From positions 5,725-69,724 of IMG/VR virus record IMGVR_UViG_3300044960_000476: 64,000 nucleotides of DNA, one strand, 5' to 3'. Shown here in pieces: positions 50,699-61,391 of the stretch (the stretch's first letter is position 1; the number at the start of each line of letters is the position of its first letter). The DNA comes from a virus. Under the pieces are notes generated by a model, which saw only the letters and a list, made by a program, of their open reading frames with translations, did not search any database and was not told the origin of the DNA. Position numbers and translations under genes: made by a program.

Positions 50699-53600
50699 TC
50701 ACACTTGTTCGTCGCGTAACTTCTTGTCTAGAGCTTTAGAAGCTTCTCTGACCAGCTGCTGCCTTTCAAAAGCGGCATTAATGTTAATTACTGTTGGGCG
50801 CGCGTTGGGGTAATAATCCAACGCTGAAGGCATGTCAGCAAACTTATTTTTACCTTCTTTAAAGGTGAACCTGTTTTTGTCAAACCAGCGCCCTATTTCT
50901 TCAGTTGCTGCTGCAATAGCCATACCCGCGACAGCAGCGCCAAGCGCTACAACAGGGTTAGCAATAGCAGCAGGCAAAGCAGCTGCGCTAGCCAATTCGC
51001 CGCCAACACTAGTAATAGCAGCACTAGTTAAAGTTTGACCAACGGCAGTTACACCACTCATTGTAGCAGACGCGGCGGGCGGGGCAGCACTAGCTAATGC
51101 CATGCCGCCGGCAGCGCCGACAGAAGCCCCCATAACTCCGCCAGAAGCGCCTATAACTCCACCAGCACCGCCAGCACTACCAAACACCAAGCCCATAACG
51201 GCTTGTGCTGCATAATTTGCCGCGTAACGAATTAAGGCTTCACTCAGCATTCTGAGGAATTGCCCTAAAGCGTCTAATACATAGTCAAAGAAGCTTTTAG
51301 CACTTTCTTCTGCCCTCTTAAATTCATCTCGCCACTCTCTTTGGGCTTGGGTTACTTCCGCTAACTTTTCTCTGTATTTTTCTGCTTCGGAGCTAGTTGC
51401 ACCAAAGTTTTTAACCGCTTCGTCATACAGCTTTTGGTACATTGCTCTTTCGTCTTCAAGCGCAGCTTTACGGTCATTAAGCCTGCGCATAGTTTCTTCG
51501 TGCTGGTATTGGTCCCGCAGCATTTGCGCTGGAATGTTTAACAAACTAGTAAACAAACTTTCAATGCCGCTTTGCAGTTGCTGCACCATATTTATTAGCA
51601 AAGCCTCCAAACGTTTTAAGTCTTGCTCTTCCAAGTCACGCAAAAGGCCGCGCAAACCCGCACGCAAATAATTTATGGCTTCTCTTAATTGCTCGGCATT
51701 TAGTGCTAAGCGTTTTGCGTCTTCCTCACCAAAGAACATTTGCGCGAGCGACATGTCGTCCAAGCGCAAAGCCTGCATGATGAGGTTGCGTTGCGCTTGA
51801 ATTCGGCCCTCTTCACCAGCCCAAGGCATGGTAAAGAAAGGACGACTAGCTACGCTTTGCAACCATTGAGCCGGTAAACTGTATAGAGCAGACGCAGCAC
51901 CTTCCGCACCACGGTTATCTAAAGTTTGGGCAAACACGCGTTTAGCTTCTTGGCGGAAAGACAGTTGTAGGCTGCTAAATTCGCCTGTAAGCAGTCGCAA
52001 GGGCTCAGAAAGAAGTTTGCTAACGCTGGTTTTCGTAGCTGCCGCCAACTCGCTTACAGACTTTTTAAGCAAGCTTTTTTCTTGCTCTGACAAATTTAAT
52101 TCAGCGGCAATGGTGTCAATAAAAGCTGCTAAAACAGTGAGGCTGTTTTGCAAGTTTTCAACAGCTTGCAATGCGGCGTCATAGCCAATTTGTCCAGTTT
52201 CATAAGCTCGCTCAATGGCGTTCAGTACCGGCACAACCTGGTTTATATAATTTTCAACACGCTGCTTATGTTCGTTTTGTATTTCACGCAGGCGGTTGGC
52301 ATAGTTAGGGTCATCTTTATCGTACTCAGCCGACATAATTTGCAGGCTGGTTAATTGTTCAGAAAGCTTTTGTAGGGCCTTTAATGCGTCAAATACCGCA
52401 GCTAAGTCCCCCACTTTCCCAAGTTGTATGTTTGCCAAAATGCCTTGCAAGTTTCTTTCTGCGTCGGTTAAGTCTAAACCAGCGGCGTTAATTTTTGCTT
52501 CTAAAGCCTTTCTTTCCTTTTCAACCTGCTTGATAGCTGCATCTACAATAAGCTTAGCGTAACGTTGTGCTGTAGTCGCAGAAACTTCTATGCCGCGCTC
52601 GCTTAATAGCTCAGTTACTTTTGCTACCAATTGAGGGTTGGTATCAGAAGACAGGCTTGCATTTAGCTCTCGAATTAAAGTTAGCGGGTCATCAACGCCG
52701 AGCAAAATTTTAAGCCATTGAGCATCGGTAATGCCCATTCCGCTTTTAGAAGGCAATTCGCTCAAGGCTTTGTTTACTTTGCGTTTTACGTCAGCTTGAA
52801 CGTTGGGGTTAGGTACTTCAGCGCCATAATTGACTAAAGCATCAATAGCGGCTATGTAAGTTTTTAGGGCTTGTTTTGCAGCAGCTTCATCCCCGCCCGC
52901 CAAAGTTTCGTCTATTTTTTCAGCCGCGTCTTCAATTTCCTTTGTAAGCTGCTCAATGCGGTCGGCTATGGTTTTATCGGCAGCATCAAGCAAAGCTTTA
53001 GCAAAAAGTGCAGCAACCGAAGCAGTAACGTCAAAGCCTCTGGTTTTTAGCTGATTAGCAATTTCGTTAGCCAAACCGGGCTGCGTTTTCTGCGATAAGT
53101 CAAGGTTAAGGGTTTTTACAAACGCAACCGGGTCGTCAATGCCCAAAATAATTTTTACCCAATCGGTGCTGTCAATGCCAAGCCCGCTTAAAGAGGCAAG
53201 ACCAGCAAGAAAGTTTTGGACGTCTTGGTCAATTTCACGCTTGCGTTTTTCGTCATTAATAGTTTTGCCAAATTCTGCTAAGGCTTTTACTGCATTGACA
53301 TAGGTTTCTAACGTTTCTGCAAGGTTAGCTCCAGCCGCGACAGCGTTTTTCAGTTCATTATCAGCATCGCGAATAACGTCACGCAATTTAGTTTCCTGTA
53401 GAGCAAGCTTTTTGTCTTCCAAAGTTTTAATAATGTCTTGAATAGACTTAAAGCTTCCGTCTACTGCTTTAGTTAATTCTTCTACTTCAATACCTAAGTC
53501 AATAAGTTCCTTTATCGGCCCTTCCTTAAGTTCAGTAAGCGTAGGCAGAAGCTTATTTAAGTTGTTAATAGCGGCTTCAACTTCTTCAACGGTTTCGGTG

Positions 53601-56600
53601 TCCTTAACATTAGACGCGTTGTTAACTTCAGCAAGGGTTTTCCTTATATCAGCCTCTTTAATTTTAGTATAAGTAGACAGCACAACGTTTTCACTTAGCC
53701 CGTATTGCTCCACCGACTTCTTAAAAGCATCAAAAGAAGTAGTATCAAACAAAGCTTTTTGTGCTAGTTGAACGGTGCTGCGGCTAATTTGCTCATACAA
53801 GCTTTTAATTTGGTCAAGAAAGTTTTCACGGTCGGCGGGGGTAATAATGAGGTTGGTTTTCACTTCTTTTTCCAGTTGCTTTAAACCATTTAGCAAAGTA
53901 TCAAGCACACCAACCCGGTCTTGTATTCTTTCCTTGGTCAAATTTTCTATGCCCTCTAAGCTTTTCTCAAACTCTTCAACATTGTTTCTAAACGCCTTAA
54001 AGCTGCTTTCTAGTTTTGCAGCTTCAAAAGCAGCCTCAGCCCCCTTTAGTTCTCGTTTTATGTCGTTAAGTTTCTCGTTCAACGCGCTAAGCGTTGAGCC
54101 GCCTTCAAACAAGACTGCTTTTTGAGTGTTGAGCAGGCTTTCTGCGCTTCCGGCGGTTTTAGCGGCTTCTTTCAGTAATGCTTCAGCTTCCTCTCGGTTA
54201 CCGGCGTCTTGCTCTTCCTTTGCCCGTCTGAGCAAGTTGTTGGCCTTTTCAAGCAACTCATTGTATTGAATTTCTACCTTTGCTGCTTCTAGGCGCTTTT
54301 TGGCCTCTCTGTAAATGTCCTTAATGCTGTTTAAAGTGTTATCAATAAGACTTAACAATTCGCTGTAAATTTTGCTTACGCTGCCGTCGCCAAGTGTTTT
54401 GAGTACTTCATCAAGCGTTTTTTGCGTGTTGTTATAATTTATTTTTGTAGACAGCAAAGCTTTAGAAATAGACTTGTCTGGGGTTGTGTCCATTTTTTCA
54501 ATTCTTTCACGCAAAGCTTTACCGCTTATTTGTTTTTGGCTATTTTTCAAGTCTTCGCTAAGTTTAATTAAGTCTTCTTGCGTTTTTGCAAATTCGGCTC
54601 TAAAGTCAGCAAACTCTTCGTCCAAGCGGGCAATTTGGTCCTCTTTAAACGACTGCGGGCGGAAAGCTTCGGCACGACGCTTAAAGCTTTTTACTATTTG
54701 CTCAAGCTTTTCTTTTAAGTCCTTGCTATAGTCGTTTAAGTTCAAAACTACCCCGCTTAGCGCCTCGTTTAGCTTTTGGGCAAAAGTTGTTACCTGCTCT
54801 ACCACCTCATTCAGCATTTCGTCACTTTGGGCTATTATGGCGTTAAATGCAAGCTTAGAGTTAGTAATTTGGCTTTCTAGCTTAGCCACACGCTCAGTAA
54901 GAGCACGCATGCGGTTTAAGTCAGCTTCAGTCTTACCACCTTTACTACGCAAAGCAGCCAACTCGTTACGTGCTTTAGCTAGCTCGGTTTCAATATTAAG
55001 CATGGTTTCAAGACGTTTAGCCTCGTCAACATAGCTTTTTAGTAGCGCTTCTTCTTGGTAAGTCAATTTGCCTCTTCTTGCTTTTTCTTCTAGACGTTTG
55101 CGCTCAACTTGATACTTTTGTAGCAGGTTTCTCAAGTTAGTAGTGCTTTGACCAAATACTTGTTTACCAACCTCTTTTAGCCTTTCTACATTCTGTTTAA
55201 AAGTGGCCTCCATTTGCACCAAATTGCCCAATATAGTTGCCACTTCCACATAACCGTTTGCTAGCTCAACAATTTGGGCACTCAAGTCGTTAGGACGGTT
55301 TTTACGGCTTAGCTGTTCAAGCTTTGATAATCCTTGAGAAGTGTATTGCTGCAGCTGCGACAGCTGACCGCCGTCAGTAAATAGCTGGTCAGACAGCAAC
55401 TCTACAAACCTTGCAGACGCTCCGGTAAGCAGCTTGCCGCTTTCAACCATTTGAATGCCTTTGTCAATAAAGGCTTGAATGTTTCGAAACCTTTCTTCAG
55501 GCTTTGTAGCCCTACGGCTGGCTTTAAACGCACGCTCTAATTCAGTAACTTGGCGGTCATACGTTTCTGCTAACGGGCGAATGTTATCAAGCCCCTCAAA
55601 AATAGCTTTTTGCATGTTAATAAATTGGTCCAAAGGCAAGTTCATGCTTTCTTGGACCAGTTGGTTAACCGTTTGCATTAGTCTGGCGGTCGCGGTGTTG
55701 CCGCCTTTAGCGGGGAAAAACACTTCTTCAATGCTTTGGAATAGCCTGGTATTTACTTGTGCCCTAGCGCGCGCCAGCTCTTGTTCAAAAGCATAAATAG
55801 CTTTCTTTTGCTGTTCAACTTCAAGCTTGGCTCTATCTAAATTAAATTCCGCTTCTACTAACGCAGGGTTGTTTAGAGAAGCGCCCCTACCCTTTAGTTG
55901 CTTAATTAAGGTGTTATAAAAACTGACGTCTTGTTGTTTAATTCTTAGCAACTCATTCAAACGTGCAAAGTCGGACGGTAATATTTGAGCAGCTTCAAGC
56001 AACAAAGCTCTTTCGCGTTGGCGTACTGCTTGCTTTTCTTGCGCATACTGCGCAAGAACTTCGTTCGTTGCTTTTGCAATAGCTGCTGCATTAGCTTGTC
56101 CAGTCAAGTCCGAAGAAGCCGCCCTAATAGCGTTTAGCTGCGCCTGCAGTTTAATAAACGGAGCTTTATCGGGTGGAGCGGTAAGTAACTCTTTGTTCAA
56201 GTCCAAAGCTTTCAAAGCAGCTTGCAAAAGAGAGTTTACCGTCTTGGTAGTGTCGTCAAACGCGGCTAACGCTTCACCTAAATCAGCAAGCGGGCGCACC
56301 TTTTGTAGCAATTCGCGTTGGCTTTGTAAAATTTGAATATCGCGCATTAAGCTTTGGTAGTCGCGGTTATTAGTGACCAATTCTTCAAAACTCATTTTCT
56401 TTGGCCTGCCTTTGGACCACCAATCGTACAAGGTTTTTACCAGTTCTTGAATTTGACCAACTTTTTCGTCAATCATTGCGTCAAACGCATCGCTTAGCTG
56501 ATTAGACGCTTTGCGCATCATGTCGTTAATTTCTCTCACCTTTTTGTCTTTGTTAATAAGCACATTTAACTCGGCTTCTGACTTACCGGGGTTTGCGTCC

Positions 56601-59600
56601 ACTACTTCTTGAATAGCCTTGTCCAATTCTTTACCCAAAGCCTCTAAATCGGCCAATATTTTCTTTTCAGCCGAAGAAGTGATGGCTTTGTTAAGGTTGC
56701 GGGCAGCGTTAACAGCGCGACGAATAATTTCGGCGCTTGGTGTACGCAGCTGCTCATCGCTAAAAGCAGCAATAATTTGTGCTTCCGTCAAACCTCCAAG
56801 GCGTGATAAGTCAACTTCGGTTAGTTTACCATCAGTATTTCTTACGACAACATTACCGCTTTCAGAAAAACCCCTTACTACAGAGCGGTCTACTTCTTGG
56901 CCTTTAGCAATGCGTTCTTGTTTTTGCTTCTCTGCTTGAAGAGTAATAGCCCCAACCGTCGTTAATACAGCGGCTACAATACCAGCAGGCCCTAAAAAGC
57001 GAAGTAGTACTCGGCCAAAAAGCGTTAGTCCCTCTATCAAAGCCGCCAGCGAACCGCTTAAACGCCCTATAACGCCCTTGCTATCCTTCAACGTTTTCTC
57101 TAGGTTTTTTGCATCCTTAGGGTCAACCTTAAAAGCCTTAAACAATTCGTCGGTAAACTCCTTTGTGCTTTTACCAATGTTTTTCAAAAAGTTGTTCATT
57201 AACCGAAAAAAGCTCGCTACAAGAGCGATAGTAATAGCAAGCCCGGCTTGTCCGGCCAAAGCACGCACTAAGTTTCCAAGCGGTCCAGTAGCGTCAAGTA
57301 TCATGCCCACTAACTTAGTGGCTTGGCGAATAAGCTCTACCAAGCCAAGTAGTGAGGTTTGCAAGCTTGCTAACGCAACGCTAGGGCCGCCAATGCCAAT
57401 ATTTCCTAACGCGTCTTGCCCTGAGCGGGAAATAAGCAAACCAATACGACGCTGATATTCTTGAACATCAAAACGCCTGTTTTCGCGGTCGAAGCCGAGC
57501 AGGTTAGTAATATCAACGTTTCTGTAGTTTTCAGCAACCTTTTCTAGCCGCTTGCTATGCTCTTCGTACTTTTTAGTGCCGTATTCTACAGCACGTGCAA
57601 TGTCGTAGTAATTGTCAACAACGTCTTTTCCTGTGTCAAGATAATACCGCGTAGCCTTGGCAATTTCTTCAACAGAAAACCCTATGGTTTTGCTAGAAGA
57701 CATTAGTTTGCTAAACAAGTCGAGCGCTTTGTCTGCCTGCGGCCCGCCTACTTCCACAACCTGGTTAAGTTGTTCAGGTCCAATTAAACGCTGGCGTTGT
57801 TCAAGCAAAGTAGTCTTTATCTTTTCCTTCAATTGGTCAAAAGGAACAGCAAACGCCTCGCTAATAAAGCCAAGCGTTTGTGCTAGCTGCTTTATAGCTA
57901 AATCGTCAAAAGCTAAGTTATTTCGAGTAAAGAAGCCAAACAGGTCAGCAACTTTTTGCGTAGCAACATTGGCTACAGTTGCCAATTCAAGCAACTCCTC
58001 GCGCAAGTCTTCAATTTGTTGAGCAGCTGCTTCCTCATAATTAAGCTGCAAAATATTCTTATAAGTTTGTAATTCTTTGTTTAGGGTTTCCATGTCTTGA
58101 ATGTACTTTGCTACGGTAAACCCAATACCAAATACCGCAGCTACACCCAAACCTGAAATAAAGTTAGCAAGGGTGTTAAGCAGCAACCCTTGAGCGGCAT
58201 CAATTGACGGACCAAAATTGGTAACAAACTTACCTCTAATTTTGGCCGCCTGCATGGTTACAGCAGGGTCAGTAGACATTTCTAACTCTTTTAATTTTCT
58301 GCCCAAGCTAGGAAAAAACGCCGAAAGGTAACTATCAATTAGCTGTTGCTGTCTTACTTGACGGCCAGCTTTATAAAAATCGGCATAAAAGTTATCATCG
58401 GCTTGCTCTCTTGCCATTAGAGCAACGCCCGCTCTTTGAAGCTGGTTAACAAAGTTTGTGTTTGGGCCTCGCTCATCGAGGAATTTTGCAGCGCCTTCAA
58501 TGGCATCGGCCACCATGTCAACAATAGAGTCTTCAAGAATTTGAAAACGGGTTGGGTCTTTACGAATAGCTTGTGCTGTGGCTCGAATTTGAGTATTGGT
58601 GGCGGTCAAAAGTTGTTGAGAGAAAATGCGTACAGCTTCTTCAATAGCAGGAAATACCCTTTGACCGCCGTTTTTAATTAAGTCCTGAACCGCAGCTTCG
58701 TTGCTTAGCATTAAGTTAGAACGCATGAATTTTACCAACTTGTCAGTGTTTGTAACAACGACGTCGCGGAGTGCTTCGGCGCCAAGGCCAACAGACATGT
58801 CGGCACCTAAAGTGCCTTTAATAATTTGCGCATATAGCGTGTCAACTAGCTTTTCGGGGCTACCACGAACAAAGGCCAATATGCGAGAAAAATTATCAGT
58901 CTTAATATCGGGCGCTAGCTTTTTAAGCCCTTTGCCAACCAAAGCTTCTTTAAACTTCTCTTCAAAGTCGTAAAGCAGCTGTTCTTGCTGTTGAGTAAGA
59001 GTTTTCGATACACCTTTAATAGTCCCAGCAACGCCTTTTACGTAGTCAGAAAGGGCGTTATCGGCTTCTGCTAAACTTTTAAGCAGTTGTTGGCCCCATT
59101 GCTGTTGCAAAAACTCTTGCCCATCTGACTTTTTGCTAGACACTTTCAAAAAGCTTTCGGCTAAAGCTTTAACCGCATCCCTTTCCTTCTTGTCAATTTG
59201 CGTAACAATAGCTTCGTAATTCTTTTGCAGGTATTTAACAAAAGAGCGGTATTTTTCAGGGTCAACCGTATAAATTTGGTCACCCGCGCCTTCTTTAATT
59301 TTCAACATACCGCCAAGCTTGCCAAAGCTGCTAACACGGCGGCTTACAGACGTTGATAACTCATTAGCAGCTTTAATAAACTCTTCTAGAGCTTGCTTAG
59401 TTTGCAACATTGACTTGCTTGCTTCGGTAAATTTGTTAGCTTGCAACAAATTAAGCGTTTTATTAAACGAACGCGACAGCTCACTAAATTGCTCAGACAA
59501 GGCTTGTGCTTTTTCCGGCGCAACGCCTTTTAGCCTTTCAATTTGTTTAGCAAAAAATTCAGCACCCTTAGGGTCAAGCTTTACTTCCAAGTCTTTACTT

Positions 59601-59698
59601 TGCGCCAAGCGGTTTAGTAACTGAGCAATAGGAGCTAAGCCCTGCTCAACTTCTTTACGCAAATTAGTTAGAGATACAGAAAGTTCAACTTCGGCCAT
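50699..59698 (-). CDS. Tape measure protein (2999 aa)
   Basis: Very long helical Ala/Leu/Lys/Glu-rich ORF after the tail tube and chaperone; hydrophobic segments; Gly/Ala-rich C-terminus. Confidence 0.92.
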   Translation of the reverse strand: MAEVELSVSLTNLRKEVEQGLAPIAQLLNRLAQSKDLEVKLDPKGAEFFAKQIERLKGVAPEKAQALSEQFSELSRSFNKTLNLLQANKFTEASKSMLQTKQALEEFIKAANELSTSVSRRVSSFGKLGGMLKIKEGAGDQIYTVDPEKYRSFVKYLQKNYEAIVTQIDKKERDAVKALAESFLKVSSKKSDGQEFLQQQWGQQLLKSLAEADNALSDYVKGVAGTIKGVSKTLTQQQEQLLYDFEEKFKEALVGKGLKKLAPDIKTDNFSRILAFVRGSPEKLVDTLYAQIIKGTLGADMSVGLGAEALRDVVVTNTDKLVKFMRSNLMLSNEAAVQDLIKNGGQRVFPAIEEAVRIFSQQLLTATNTQIRATAQAIRKDPTRFQILEDSIVDMVADAIEGAAKFLDERGPNTNFVNQLQRAGVALMAREQADDNFYADFYKAGRQVRQQQLIDSYLSAFFPSLGRKLKELEMSTDPAVTMQAAKIRGKFVTNFGPSIDAAQGLLLNTLANFISGLGVAAVFGIGFTVAKYIQDMETLNKELQTYKNILQLNYEEAAAQQIEDLREELLELATVANVATQKVADLFGFFTRNNLAFDDLAIKQLAQTLGFISEAFAVPFDQLKEKIKTTLLEQRQRLIGPEQLNQVVEVGGPQADKALDLFSKLMSSSKTIGFSVEEIAKATRYYLDTGKDVVDNYYDIARAVEYGTKKYEEHSKRLEKVAENYRNVDITNLLGFDRENRRFDVQEYQRRIGLLISRSGQDALGNIGIGGPSVALASLQTSLLGLVELIRQATKLVGMILDATGPLGNLVRALAGQAGLAITIALVASFFRLMNNFLKNIGKSTKEFTDELFKAFKVDPKDAKNLEKTLKDSKGVIGRLSGSLAALIEGLTLFGRVLLRFLGPAGIVAAVLTTVGAITLQAEKQKQERIAKGQEVDRSVVRGFSESGNVVVRNTDGKLTEVDLSRLGGLTEAQIIAAFSDEQLRTPSAEIIRRAVNAARNLNKAITSSAEKKILADLEALGKELDKAIQEVVDANPGKSEAELNVLINKDKKVREINDMMRKASNQLSDAFDAMIDEKVGQIQELVKTLYDWWSKGRPKKMSFEELVTNNRDYQSLMRDIQILQSQRELLQKVRPLADLGEALAAFDDTTKTVNSLLQAALKALDLNKELLTAPPDKAPFIKLQAQLNAIRAASSDLTGQANAAAIAKATNEVLAQYAQEKQAVRQRERALLLEAAQILPSDFARLNELLRIKQQDVSFYNTLIKQLKGRGASLNNPALVEAEFNLDRAKLEVEQQKKAIYAFEQELARARAQVNTRLFQSIEEVFFPAKGGNTATARLMQTVNQLVQESMNLPLDQFINMQKAIFEGLDNIRPLAETYDRQVTELERAFKASRRATKPEERFRNIQAFIDKGIQMVESGKLLTGASARFVELLSDQLFTDGGQLSQLQQYTSQGLSKLEQLSRKNRPNDLSAQIVELANGYVEVATILGNLVQMEATFKQNVERLKEVGKQVFGQSTTNLRNLLQKYQVERKRLEEKARRGKLTYQEEALLKSYVDEAKRLETMLNIETELAKARNELAALRSKGGKTEADLNRMRALTERVAKLESQITNSKLAFNAIIAQSDEMLNEVVEQVTTFAQKLNEALSGVVLNLNDYSKDLKEKLEQIVKSFKRRAEAFRPQSFKEDQIARLDEEFADFRAEFAKTQEDLIKLSEDLKNSQKQISGKALRERIEKMDTTPDKSISKALLSTKINYNNTQKTLDEVLKTLGDGSVSKIYSELLSLIDNTLNSIKDIYREAKKRLEAAKVEIQYNELLEKANNLLRRAKEEQDAGNREEAEALLKEAAKTAGSAESLLNTQKAVLFEGGSTLSALNEKLNDIKRELKGAEAAFEAAKLESSFKAFRNNVEEFEKSLEGIENLTKERIQDRVGVLDTLLNGLKQLEKEVKTNLIITPADRENFLDQIKSLYEQISRSTVQLAQKALFDTTSFDAFKKSVEQYGLSENVVLSTYTKIKEADIRKTLAEVNNASNVKDTETVEEVEAAINNLNKLLPTLTELKEGPIKELIDLGIEVEELTKAVDGSFKSIQDIIKTLEDKKLALQETKLRDVIRDADNELKNAVAAGANLAETLETYVNAVKALAEFGKTINDEKRKREIDQDVQNFLAGLASLSGLGIDSTDWVKIILGIDDPVAFVKTLNLDLSQKTQPGLANEIANQLKTRGFDVTASVAALFAKALLDAADKTIADRIEQLTKEIEDAAEKIDETLAGGDEAAAKQALKTYIAAIDALVNYGAEVPNPNVQADVKRKVNKALSELPSKSGMGITDAQWLKILLGVDDPLTLIRELNASLSSDTNPQLVAKVTELLSERGIEVSATTAQRYAKLIVDAAIKQVEKERKALEAKINAAGLDLTDAERNLQGILANIQLGKVGDLAAVFDALKALQKLSEQLTSLQIMSAEYDKDDPNYANRLREIQNEHKQRVENYINQVVPVLNAIERAYETGQIGYDAALQAVENLQNSLTVLAAFIDTIAAELNLSEQEKSLLKKSVSELAAATKTSVSKLLSEPLRLLTGEFSSLQLSFRQEAKRVFAQTLDNRGAEGAASALYSLPAQWLQSVASRPFFTMPWAGEEGRIQAQRNLIMQALRLDDMSLAQMFFGEEDAKRLALNAEQLREAINYLRAGLRGLLRDLEEQDLKRLEALLINMVQQLQSGIESLFTSLLNIPAQMLRDQYQHEETMRRLNDRKAALEDERAMYQKLYDEAVKNFGATSSEAEKYREKLAEVTQAQREWRDEFKRAEESAKSFFDYVLDALGQFLRMLSEALIRYAANYAAQAVMGLVFGSAGGAGGVIGASGGVMGASVGAAGGMALASAAPPAASATMSGVTAVGQTLTSAAITSVGGELASAAALPAAIANPVVALGAAVAGMAIAAATEEIGRWFDKNRFTFKEGKNKFADMPSALDYYPNARPTVININAAFERQQLVREASKALDKKLRDEQV

Positions 59699-59710
59699 GC
59701 TTACCTCAAA

Positions 59711-59923
59711 TTAAAAAAGTTGTCCAAGCCCTCCAACCGCACTAACCTGTGCTAACATTTTTTCCCGCTCGACAGCTTTTTCCATTAACTTAACAAGGCC
59801 GCGTATAGTCATCCCGCGCACAGCATTTGGGTCTATTTTGACTGTAACAATAATGTCCAAAATTATTTCCCAAGAAAGCGGCTCGGAGTCTGGTTTCCCT
59901 GTGCGCGGGTTTAAAACTTTGGG
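59711..59923 (-). CDS. Tail assembly chaperone -1 frameshift extension (gpGT-like)
   Basis: Slippery C CCA AAG at 59917-59923; the -1 frame is open to TAA 59711, just before the TMP RBS. Confidence 0.8.
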   Translation of the reverse strand, partial: PKVLNPRTGKPDSEPLSWEIILDIIVTVKIDPNAVRGMTIRGLVKLMEKAVEREKMLAQVSAVGGLGQLF

Positions 59924-60327
59924 CGGGCACTTCCGCTACCTTTTGGCATAGAGTCGAGAATGTGCTGCAAAAACCACTCACCTAGAACAGGATAAGTGGT
60001 CATTAGCAGAAAAATAGCGTTTTTCCACCCATCACTGCTGTATTCCGACTGGTTTACATAAGGCCATGTAGCGGCATGAAACATGCATACCAACAATTCA
60101 GTCGTTTCAAGAATGGCTTCTGTTTGGTTTTCTTTGCCTTGCAATTCATTAAGTTTCAAAAAGTCATCAAGAGTTTTTCCGTGGTCACGCTGCAGACGTA
60201 GCCAAAAGTCGATGTCTAGCGGAGATACTGTAAACGTGCCAAAAGGAAACTCTTTCTTAATTGGAGCTTCCTTACCGTATATATCGCCAAGTGTCAGCAT
60301 AATAAAAGAAGAGGGTTGGACAGCCAA
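59911..60327 (-). CDS. Tail assembly chaperone (gpG-like)
   Basis: Between tail tube and TMP; start uncertain (TTG 60327 or ATG 60300). Confidence 0.75.
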   Translation of the reverse strand: MAVQPSSFIMLTLGDIYGKEAPIKKEFPFGTFTVSPLDIDFWLRLQRDHGKTLDDFLKLNELQGKENQTEAILETTELLVCMFHAATWPYVNQSEYSSDGWKNAIFLLMTTYPVLGEWFLQHILDSMPKGSGSARPKF

Positions 60328-60358
60328 AGCTGTCCAACCCCTAAAGTCACATTAAAGC

Positions 60359-61381
60359 TTAAAGTTTGTACACGTGTTCAATGGTAATGCCGTTGTTGCC
60401 GTCGGCGTACGCAGTAAACCGAACTGCACCCTCAATAAAGTCTGGACCAGAAATGTTGTGGTCGGGCCATTCGATGAGGGCAAAAGGCACCTTCACAACA
60501 AACAAGCTCGGAGTGGTGGCGTTACCGCCGCTGTGGGTGTAGTTTACAACATTGCTCGGGTCAGAGAAAGTAAACACCATTTGCAAGAATTGGCCGTTCA
60601 GTACCGCATCATAAAACTTTTCCGGGTCGCCAGGGAAGGAGTTAGCGTCTACGGTAATAGAACCGGTAATTTCAAAACGGCCAGTCGGTACGGTGCGGCG
60701 GAAGCGGCTGCCAAGACGGTAGCGGTCGCCATTGGCGTTAGTATTGCCGTTAATTTCAAAAGAGCGCACCGGAATTTCAGTAATTGAGCCGCCGGCATCG
60801 CCCACTTCTACCTTGGCCTGCTCAAAGTAAAGGCCGTATTCAGTAGCAGGCACGGTAGCGGTAACGGCAGTCCCATCAACCGAAGCGTTAATGCCAATAA
60901 AGTCAATACCAAACAACCCAAGCTGGTTAATGTCTGCCCGCACCCGCCAGCCAGACACCTTCATATCGGTGTAAAGCTTGCGCACTTCTCCGTCGTAAAC
61001 GGCAACAGTAGCATAAGGCAAGTCACTAGTATCAAGAGAGTATTGTCTGCCGTATTCAGGAGCAGTAAAACTTACAGAAGTGTGCGGGCCAAGCTGAGTG
61101 ATATTGTTGACTACAGTAAAAGCCAAAGGGAGCAAAGTGTGAAGGCCGTGGTTAGTAGCCTCAACCTCCAAGCCACCGCTTACGTCCAGCGTACCAAGCC
61201 GCGCCAGCTTGCGGTCACGCATGGCCTGACGACGCAGCGCTTCAGACTGATAAATAGTCGGCGCAGCACGCAGGGTTTCGGACCGTAGCGGCATCGCATA
61301 ATCGGTAGCGCTAAAAGTAGCAGGCGTGCCTTGGGCAGTCTGCCGCTTTACTACAACAATCGAGTCAATTCCTCTCGGCAT
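60359..61381 (-). CDS. Major tail tube protein
   Basis: SETL...DVSGGLEVE...YTDMKVSGW...TGRFEITGSITV; position; followed by hairpin plus U-rich run. Confidence 0.85.
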   Translation of the reverse strand: MPRGIDSIVVVKRQTAQGTPATFSATDYAMPLRSETLRAAPTIYQSEALRRQAMRDRKLARLGTLDVSGGLEVEATNHGLHTLLPLAFTVVNNITQLGPHTSVSFTAPEYGRQYSLDTSDLPYATVAVYDGEVRKLYTDMKVSGWRVRADINQLGLFGIDFIGINASVDGTAVTATVPATEYGLYFEQAKVEVGDAGGSITEIPVRSFEINGNTNANGDRYRLGSRFRRTVPTGRFEITGSITVDANSFPGDPEKFYDAVLNGQFLQMVFTFSDPSNVVNYTHSGGNATTPSLFVVKVPFALIEWPDHNISGPDFIEGAVRFTAYADGNNGITIEHVYKL

Positions 61382-61391
61382 GTGTTCCTCC

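Noticed and set aside
50699-59698. Virion RNAP domain fused to the tape measure, as in P23-45
   Set aside because: No DxDGD or RNP-type motif found in the translation; the sequence looks helical throughout.
59790-59981. 63-aa ORF as the chaperone frameshift product
   Set aside because: It is in the +1 frame; the -1 frame has the slippery site and runs to 59711.
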